Below, piece after piece: positions 57,919 to 64,000 of a stretch of 64,000 nucleotides of DNA. Every line of letters begins with the position of its first letter. The first letter of the stretch is position 1. The position numbers and the translations under genes are program-made. Source of the DNA: Spirochaetia bacterium (lineage in GTDB: Bacteria; Spirochaetota; Spirochaetia; CADAEX01); contig JAKSTW010000002.1 in NCBI GenBank assembly GCA_024402405.1, forward strand, positions 6,201 through 70,200, read 5' to 3'. The notes under the pieces were generated by a model, which did not search any database, was not told the DNA's origin, and saw nothing but the letters and a program-made list of their open reading frames with translations.

Positions 57919-59787
57919 ATGAAAAAGTATTTTTTGCTGGCAGTGATGGCCGCACTGCTGGTAATGGCGGTATTTACTGGCTGCGACAATGGATCAAGCA
58001 GTCCTGAATCTAAATACATGGTAACCTTTGACCTGAACTGGTATGGTTCAGATCCGGCAGGAATGGGAGATGTAAAAGCCCCGAAGTCGGTGCGGTTTAG
58101 TGATGCTGATCAGATGATAACATTGCCTCAGGTACTGGACAGTGACGGTAATATTTATTTAACAGAGAATGGATATTATGTAGGCACATGGTATAAGGAT
58201 GCGGATCTTACCCAGAGTGCAGGAAGTGCACTTACAGGTGAAGCACAGTTTGCTCCTGGAGGAAACTGCATTCTGTATGCAGGCTGGTCAACCAAGACAG
58301 TGACCCTGGCATGGGATCTGAACTACCCTGCGGGGGTAAGTGCTCCTGAAAATCCAGCAAAATCAAGAGTTACAGCAGGAGCTGTAGTAACATCCGCAAA
58401 AGTGCCGACAGCAGATGCACTTCCTGACGGAACAGTGTTTGCCGGCTGGTTCGACAGTCCTGTGAACGGCGAGGGAAATCAGCTTGTTGCAGGCGAAACC
58501 AAGGCTCCGTTCAACGGCCTTACTTACTATGCACAGTGGAAGTACCCTGTAAAGGTTAAATACTTGCTCCCTGACGGAACAGAGTATATGACAGTGGATC
58601 AGAAGGCATATGATGCAGTGGAGATGCCGGCCGATCCAGTGCTTGATCCATGCTTTGCAGGCTGGTTCGACCAGGACGGTAAGATGCTCACAGCCGATGT
58701 AATCATAAAGAAGGATGCAGTCTACACAGCAAAGGCAGGCTACACGCTCGTCATAAACAAGACCACAGGACAGACAGACGGAGAGGCAGGAGTTGAAGTT
58801 GGCTCCGCCGCGCTCACAATCATAACAGAGCCTGATGACCATGCAAACGGAAAGTATGTAGAAGGCTATTATGCTGATGAGCCATGCACAACCAAGGTTG
58901 CATACAATGACGGAAAGCTTCTGCCGAACGTAACAGGCTATACAGATGCGGACGGAAAATGGGCAGGAGACAGCTCCAAAGTGCTTTATGCAAAGTGGAA
59001 GAAGCTCAGCAACATCGGAAGCACTCTTGTGTTCTACATCGACAAGACAAACGGTCGTGCTGCAAAGAACTACAAGTTCTATGATGCAAGTAACAACCTG
59101 CTCACAGCAGAAGAGGCAGCCGACAACGATTACGGCATAACCTTCAGCGGCACACCTGCTAAATATGCATACTACGGCGAGGGCAGGGACAGGTACTATG
59201 TAGTCAACGACACGCTGGACGAGGAGAAGACAGCATATACATGGGCATATTACACAGATGCAAGCACTTACAAGCAGGAAGAACTCTGTGTAGGAACATC
59301 ATATCAGGCAATCGGCAGTGGAAGAGCAAACACAGCCGAGATAATGGCAAAGGATGGAGGCAAGTATATCAGCGACAACAGCATAACAAGAGTATTAGGT
59401 GGCGCAAATAAGTCTGCTACAATCTGGTATGCGCTTGATGATTTGAATAAGCTGGCTGACGCTGAAACTGTAAGTACTGTCAGCGGTGGTAAGAACTTAG
59501 GCTGTACCGACTGGTTCGTGCCGTCGCTTAATGAGCTTCTGAAGATGACACGTCTTGTAGATAAGCTGACATGGAACGGTGGAGACAAGACAAAAACAGA
59601 AGAAGCTCCATATGCTTCAGACCCTGCATGGGCAGATCTCAAGGATTATGTTGCAGCCGGTTCCGAGTGGTCAAGTTCCGGCTACTCTGCTGCGGCTGCG
59701 TACGTATGGCGCTTCACTACGGGCCTGAGCATTTATTACGATAAGACTAATACGGCAGGCCGCTTAGATGCAGTGAGGGCTTTCTAA
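57919..59787 (+). CDS. Surface lipoprotein with Listeria-Bacteroides (InlB B-type) repeats and C-terminal DUF1566/Lcl-C-like domain
   Basis: It has a lipobox (VFTGCDNGSSS). Repeated F/Y-x-G-W-F/Y-D motifs include VGTWYKD, FAGWFDSPVNGEG and FAGWFDQDG. The C-terminus carries LGCTDWFVPSLNELL. The start is set at MKKYFLL with an AAGGAGAGG Shine-Dalgarno sequence. Confidence 0.65.
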   Translation: MKKYFLLAVMAALLVMAVFTGCDNGSSSPESKYMVTFDLNWYGSDPAGMGDVKAPKSVRFSDADQMITLPQVLDSDGNIYLTENGYYVGTWYKDADLTQSAGSALTGEAQFAPGGNCILYAGWSTKTVTLAWDLNYPAGVSAPENPAKSRVTAGAVVTSAKVPTADALPDGTVFAGWFDSPVNGEGNQLVAGETKAPFNGLTYYAQWKYPVKVKYLLPDGTEYMTVDQKAYDAVEMPADPVLDPCFAGWFDQDGKMLTADVIIKKDAVYTAKAGYTLVINKTTGQTDGEAGVEVGSAALTIITEPDDHANGKYVEGYYADEPCTTKVAYNDGKLLPNVTGYTDADGKWAGDSSKVLYAKWKKLSNIGSTLVFYIDKTNGRAAKNYKFYDASNNLLTAEEAADNDYGITFSGTPAKYAYYGEGRDRYYVVNDTLDEEKTAYTWAYYTDASTYKQEELCVGTSYQAIGSGRANTAEIMAKDGGKYISDNSITRVLGGANKSATIWYALDDLNKLADAETVSTVSGGKNLGCTDWFVPSLNELLKMTRLVDKLTWNGGDKTKTEEAPYASDPAWADLKDYVAAGSEWSSSGYSAAAAYVWRFTTGLSIYYDKTNTAGRLDAVRAF

Positions 59788-59838
59788 GCCAGTTCAGATT
59801 TTGAGTTTTAACACAGACATCCTATGCCGGGTGCCTGT

Positions 59839-59875
59839 GCTCTGTCCACCAACTGCGGTGGACAGAGCTTTTATT
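59839..59875 (+). terminator. Rho-independent terminator whose stem is a variant of the window-wide repeat (GCTCTGTCCACC-aactgc-GGTGGACAGAGC + TTTTATT)
   Basis: It is a perfect 12-bp stem located 52 nt after the lipoprotein stop. Confidence 0.6.
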
Positions 59876-59892
59876 CAGAAAAGAGGATATTT

Positions 59893-60156
59893 ATGAAACA
59901 TTACACTGATGAGTTCAAGCGGAAGGCTGTGGTACTGTCCGAGGAGATAGGATGCCGGGATGCAGCTGAACAGCTGGGCGTGTCGTATTATACCCTCTCA
60001 GACTGGCGGCGGAGAAAGAACATAAGACCAGAAGAATCGCAGCAGAGGGAAGAATATCTGCCAGATGCAGAACTTCTCCATGAGGTGCATTATCTCCGTG
60101 AAGCCAACGCCCTATTACAGCGCACTGTGGATTACCTCCTGAAACAACAGGTCTGA
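59893..60156 (+). mobile_element. IS3-family transposase OrfA (HTH + leucine-zipper part) with no OrfB: probable IS remnant
   Basis: The 88-aa product (MKHYTDEFKRKAVVLSEEIG...LREANALLQRTVDYLLKQ) matches IS3/IS911 OrfA. The next gene starts 15 nt later on the opposite strand, so there is no orfB and no inverted-repeat end. Confidence 0.55.
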
Positions 60157-60170
60157 AGTTCTGCGTCAGG

Positions 60171-61394
60171 TCACTCCAGCATCAGGTGTGCCATCACCTT
60201 GGCATCGACAGCCAGGCTCTCTATGGTCGTGTTCTCATCAGGCATATGGCATGTCTCGTCTATTGTTGACCAGACCGCAGCATTTATCCCTTTGTTCCTC
60301 AGATATGCGGCTACGGTTCCTCCTCCTATTCCTATGAGACGGACCTCTTTTCCTGTCACTGCGGTTATGGCTTTTTTCAGTCTGCTGACGATCTGACAAT
60401 CTTTATCTGTTGCTTTTGACACTGATTTCTGCACTGTAGTTATGGTAATGCTGACTCCATATTTCTGTTCAACATGGACACATATATCATTTATGCGCTG
60501 GAAGACTGACTCTATATCGACAGACGGAAGTATCCTGCAGTCCAGATAGAATATATCTTCTCCCGGTATTGTATTGACATTAGGAATATTATTCTCTTTC
60601 TTTGTAGGGGCAAAAGTCGAATATGGCGGATCGAATAGTGCATCCTGGTAGACTTTGAACTCATTCTCCAGCTCTGCCAGATTCAGTATCAGACGGCTGG
60701 CTGCCACCATGGCATTTTTCCCCAGGGCCGGCATGGATGCATGACACTGAACTCCCCTGGTTGTGAATTTCAGCCAGAGCATGGATTTCTCTGCTATTTC
60801 TATTTCTGTTCCATCAGAAGAACCTGAGTCAGGGATAAGTATCAGATCTTCTTTTCTGAACATATCAGGATATTCCCTCAGTATATAGTTGAGACCGTAT
60901 ACTGAGCCGATTTCCTCATCTGCTATAAACATAAGCTTCACTGTATATTCAGGAATCAGATCATTCTCTTTGAGGGCAAGTGCGGCCATGACAGATGAGA
61001 CTATTCCATGCTGGTTGTCTTCCACACCTCTTCCGTACAGTCTTCCGTCTCTGACCACGACTTTATATGGATCGCTGTGCCAAAGAGACAGATCTCCGGG
61101 AGGAACCACATCAACATGGCTTATGATCCATATGGTTCTGTCATCTTTTTCCCCAGGTATTGTAAGGATCAGGCTTGGACGCACTCCATGAGATGCTTTG
61201 GCATCAGGAGCATTTATATATTCAAAGTTTTCAAAACCTCTGTCCCTCAGCCATTTTTCCAGTGCATGGGCTTTTCTGTATTCTCCCTCACCACCGGAAA
61301 GTGGAGAAATTGCCGGAATGGATGAGAGCAGGGTCTCCAGCTCGATGATAGTATCCAGATTGCTGTCAATGAATTTGGTTATAGCAGTTTTCAT
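60171..61394 (-). CDS. M20-family metallopeptidase/deacylase (ArgE/DapE/PepV-like)
   Basis: It has the motifs HVDVVP, GRGVEDNQHG and the Asp-Glu motif IADEE. Confidence 0.65.
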   Translation of the reverse strand: MKTAITKFIDSNLDTIIELETLLSSIPAISPLSGGEGEYRKAHALEKWLRDRGFENFEYINAPDAKASHGVRPSLILTIPGEKDDRTIWIISHVDVVPPGDLSLWHSDPYKVVVRDGRLYGRGVEDNQHGIVSSVMAALALKENDLIPEYTVKLMFIADEEIGSVYGLNYILREYPDMFRKEDLILIPDSGSSDGTEIEIAEKSMLWLKFTTRGVQCHASMPALGKNAMVAASRLILNLAELENEFKVYQDALFDPPYSTFAPTKKENNIPNVNTIPGEDIFYLDCRILPSVDIESVFQRINDICVHVEQKYGVSITITTVQKSVSKATDKDCQIVSRLKKAITAVTGKEVRLIGIGGGTVAAYLRNKGINAAVWSTIDETCHMPDENTTIESLAVDAKVMAHLMLE

Positions 61395-61480
61395 AATTTC
61401 TCCTGCGGATATTCAAAATTTTTTCTGTTTTATATATACTGCTTTTTTAGATAAAAGTATATCATTTTAACGGAGAGATT

Positions 61481-62770
61481 ATGCGACTTCTTAGAATTTT
61501 GATTTATATCCCTGTCTGCCTGCTGCTTTTGGCTGGCTGTGGATCCCGTATGGGATATTTTGTCATGATCTGGCCTGATGATAATTCTGACATTGAGAAT
61601 GGAACTGTTTTTCCTGTTAAAGGTGAGTCAAATCTCAGACAGACATATATTGTTGATATGGGCAATAAGACATACGTTGAGATTGATAAATTCAGGGGAC
61701 AGTTCTTCAAGACCCTCAAAGAGGCTCAGAATTATGGCGAGGCATTTCTTCCATACAAGGATATGTTCGCATCTGTCAACAGGAAGACACCTGTAAGAGA
61801 AGCTGCTGATGAGCACAGTTCCAGGATCTATATTCTCAGGGAAGGACAGATAGTAAAAATAGTTGGCCGCGGCGAGTCAAAAGTTGTGATAGACAACAGG
61901 TTCGAGGGTTACTGGTATCAGATCGTGACAGATGACGGTGTTTCCGGTTATTGCTTTGACAGAAATCTCTCAGTTTTTGACAGTACTGACAAACTGGTTT
62001 CAGAATATGCCACCAGCAATGATGTCAACATGCACAATTTCATGAATGCCAGATGGTATCCGATGGCATACAGGGAGACACTGGACAGTGAATACCCGCA
62101 GCTGAATATTCTCAGAAGCGGAGAGGTCCTTTTTGCTGATCCAGAGAAAAAAGAGATCAGACTCAGAACACCGGAGGAAGAGATCATATTCCGTTACACA
62201 TCCATGGTGCAGACTGCTGATAACCGTGTCTCATTCAATGGTACTCCGCTGGAGCTCCAGTTCTATCCGGATGGCAGAATATTTATACGGTATTCATATA
62301 ACGGATTGGACTGCTCTGGTTTTTATATGACTCTGGATAAGGATATAACAGAATATATTGCAGAGATAAATGAACAGAAGGAGAATGAATATTCCGAACT
62401 GTTTGGTCGTGTTCAGTCTTTTGGAAGCACAGATTATGGAACCATCACTTTTCAGCCTGACAAGAAGTTTTACTGGACTGATTATGATGGGATCAGCTAT
62501 CTGATTCCTGCTGAGTCTGGAATTTCAGGTCTTGTTGATAATGATAAATATGTGTCAAATGTGATCAGGACAAGGTTTAAATGCGATGCCCTTCTGTCTC
62601 TGACTTTTGCGAAGAATGCGAGGGAAGTCAGCTTCATCTGCAGAAAAGAGAAAAATGGCAATCTGCAGCTGATTTTTATTCCGAAGGAAGATCTGGCTAC
62701 AGGAGTTCTCACAAGGATTCCTGCTGAACCTGTCATGCTTATATTCTCACCATTGAAGGATAACGAATAA
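61481..62770 (+). CDS. Hypothetical lipoprotein
   Basis: It has a lipobox (LLLAGCGS). No family was recognised. Confidence 0.5.
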   Translation: MRLLRILIYIPVCLLLLAGCGSRMGYFVMIWPDDNSDIENGTVFPVKGESNLRQTYIVDMGNKTYVEIDKFRGQFFKTLKEAQNYGEAFLPYKDMFASVNRKTPVREAADEHSSRIYILREGQIVKIVGRGESKVVIDNRFEGYWYQIVTDDGVSGYCFDRNLSVFDSTDKLVSEYATSNDVNMHNFMNARWYPMAYRETLDSEYPQLNILRSGEVLFADPEKKEIRLRTPEEEIIFRYTSMVQTADNRVSFNGTPLELQFYPDGRIFIRYSYNGLDCSGFYMTLDKDITEYIAEINEQKENEYSELFGRVQSFGSTDYGTITFQPDKKFYWTDYDGISYLIPAESGISGLVDNDKYVSNVIRTRFKCDALLSLTFAKNAREVSFICRKEKNGNLQLIFIPKEDLATGVLTRIPAEPVMLIFSPLKDNE

Positions 62771-64000
62771 TGGCTTTTGTAAATCTTACCGGAGTTTCTC
62801 TGGCCTTCGGGGACAGAGATGTGCTTAAGGATGTGAATCTGAATATCTGCACTACTACCAGGGCTGCTATCACCGGAGCCAACGGCAGCGGCAAGACCAC
62901 ATTCCTGAAAATTATGGCTGGGAAGCTGTCACCTGACAAGGGTTCAACTATTATTCAGAAAGGGACACGTATCAGTTATCTGCCCCAGACAGGTCTTACT
63001 CATGCAGGCTCCACACTTATGGAAGAGGTGGAGAAATCATTCTCTTTTTTCCATACTCTCATAGCACGCAAGGAAGAAGTCGGGCGCCGTCTTGAGAATT
63101 ATATGCAGGAGACCAAGGAGGAGACCCAGCGTCTTCTGGAGGAAGATCATGATATCCAGGAAACTTTGCTGAACAGCGGATTTTATGACCGTAAGATAGT
63201 TAAGGAGAAAGTTCTGCTGGGACTTGGTTTTTCCAGAAATGACTTTGAAAAGAAGACCGAGGCTTTTTCCGGCGGATGGCAGATGCGCATAGCTCTGGCC
63301 AAGATTCTGCTGGAGAACCCTGATATCATGCTGCTGGACGAGCCTACCAACTACCTTGATCTGGAGGCCCGGCTATGGCTGGAGGATTTCATCAGTTCTT
63401 TCCATGGCGGAGTGGTTCTGGTTTCCCATGACCGATCTTTTCTTGATTCGACTGTAAATGAGATATATGAGCTGTTCGGCGGTACAATGAACCGTTATAA
63501 AGGTAATTACTCTGAATATGAGAAGCGGCGCAGCCAGGAGCTTGAGTCCCTGGTGAACCGTTATAAGCAGCAGCAGGATGAGATTGCCAAAGTCGAGCTT
63601 TTTATCCGCCGTTTCCGCTATCAGGCTACCAAAGCCAAACAGGTGCAGAGCCGTATAAAATATCTGGAGGGGCTTGAGCGCATTGAGATTCCTGAGAGCC
63701 TTAAAAAGATGCATTTCTCTTTTCCTGAGCCTCCACATTCCGGCAATGATGTTTTGATCCTGGAGGATCTGAGCAAGGCTTATGGCGATAACCATGTCAT
63801 AAATCATCTGGATTTCTTTGCCGCGAAAGGAGAGAAGATAGTCTTTGCCGGAAAAAACGGTGCCGGAAAATCTACCCTTATGCGTATAATCGCAGGAAAA
63901 GACAAGAATTATACCGGACTTGTGAAATATGGCAAGGATGTGAAGATAGAATATTTCTCCCAGGATTTTGAGGCCACACTGGATGATTCCAAGACAGTGG
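62770..64000 (+). CDS. ABC-F family ATPase (two tandem ABC domains), 3'-truncated by window end
   Basis: The first domain has Walker A GANGSGKTT, the signature FSGGWQMR and LLLDEPTNYLD. The second Walker A is GKNGAGKST. The start ATG overlaps the upstream stop (TAATG). The reading frame is open to the window end. Confidence 0.75.
   Translation, partial: MAFVNLTGVSLAFGDRDVLKDVNLNICTTTRAAITGANGSGKTTFLKIMAGKLSPDKGSTIIQKGTRISYLPQTGLTHAGSTLMEEVEKSFSFFHTLIARKEEVGRRLENYMQETKEETQRLLEEDHDIQETLLNSGFYDRKIVKEKVLLGLGFSRNDFEKKTEAFSGGWQMRIALAKILLENPDIMLLDEPTNYLDLEARLWLEDFISSFHGGVVLVSHDRSFLDSTVNEIYELFGGTMNRYKGNYSEYEKRRSQELESLVNRYKQQQDEIAKVELFIRRFRYQATKAKQVQSRIKYLEGLERIEIPESLKKMHFSFPEPPHSGNDVLILEDLSKAYGDNHVINHLDFFAAKGEKIVFAGKNGAGKSTLMRIIAGKDKNYTGLVKYGKDVKIEYFSQDFEATLDDSKTV

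Noticed and set aside
1-64000. CRISPR arrays, rRNA/tRNA genes and prophage or defence islands.
   Set aside because: No arrays of regularly spaced direct repeats, no tRNA-like terminal structures and no phage structural or integrase genes were seen by eye. This cannot be fully excluded without tRNAscan-SE, Infernal or CRISPR-finder runs.

Overview
This 64-kb window appears to be a chromosomal segment from a diderm, flagellated anaerobe. Evidence for diderm biology: LptA/B/C, a POTRA beta-barrel, a FadL-like outer-membrane protein and an autotransporter. Evidence for flagella: an FlgM-like anti-sigma-28 factor. A spirochaete (Treponema-like) origin is an inference from the short ParC/ParE forms, the lipobox proteins with Listeria-Bacteroides repeats plus a DUF1566-like C-terminus, and a GC content of roughly 45%.

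Most of the window is densely packed, co-linear housekeeping genes:
- single-chain pyruvate carboxylase, Rsh, PrmC and PrfA
- an argR-argCBD-argG block
- metNIQ
- ParE/ParC, Ddl, IorAB with an aminotransferase, CarB, FabF, and RsmI and TrmH-family RNA methyltransferases.

Accessory content:
- a pair of tandem paralogous Wzi-like outer-membrane proteins next to glf
- a repeat-rich type Va autotransporter
- a clan-CD-like lipoprotein
- a RAYT-type (IS200-like, COG1943) Y1 transposase flanked by inverted short repeats
- a solo IS3-family orfA remnant.

The most unusual signal is a DNA-level motif, GGGGACAGAG(C/G). By eye it occurs at least 15 times exactly, plus several one-mismatch variants. About 0.1 copies would be expected by chance if base composition were equal. 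Copies sit in intergenic inverted pairs flanking the RAYT, within terminator-like palindromes, and inside at least 8 different protein-coding genes. Inside genes the motif occurs in all three reading frames but, as far as I can see, always in the mRNA-sense orientation.

No CRISPR arrays or rRNA/tRNA genes were recognised.
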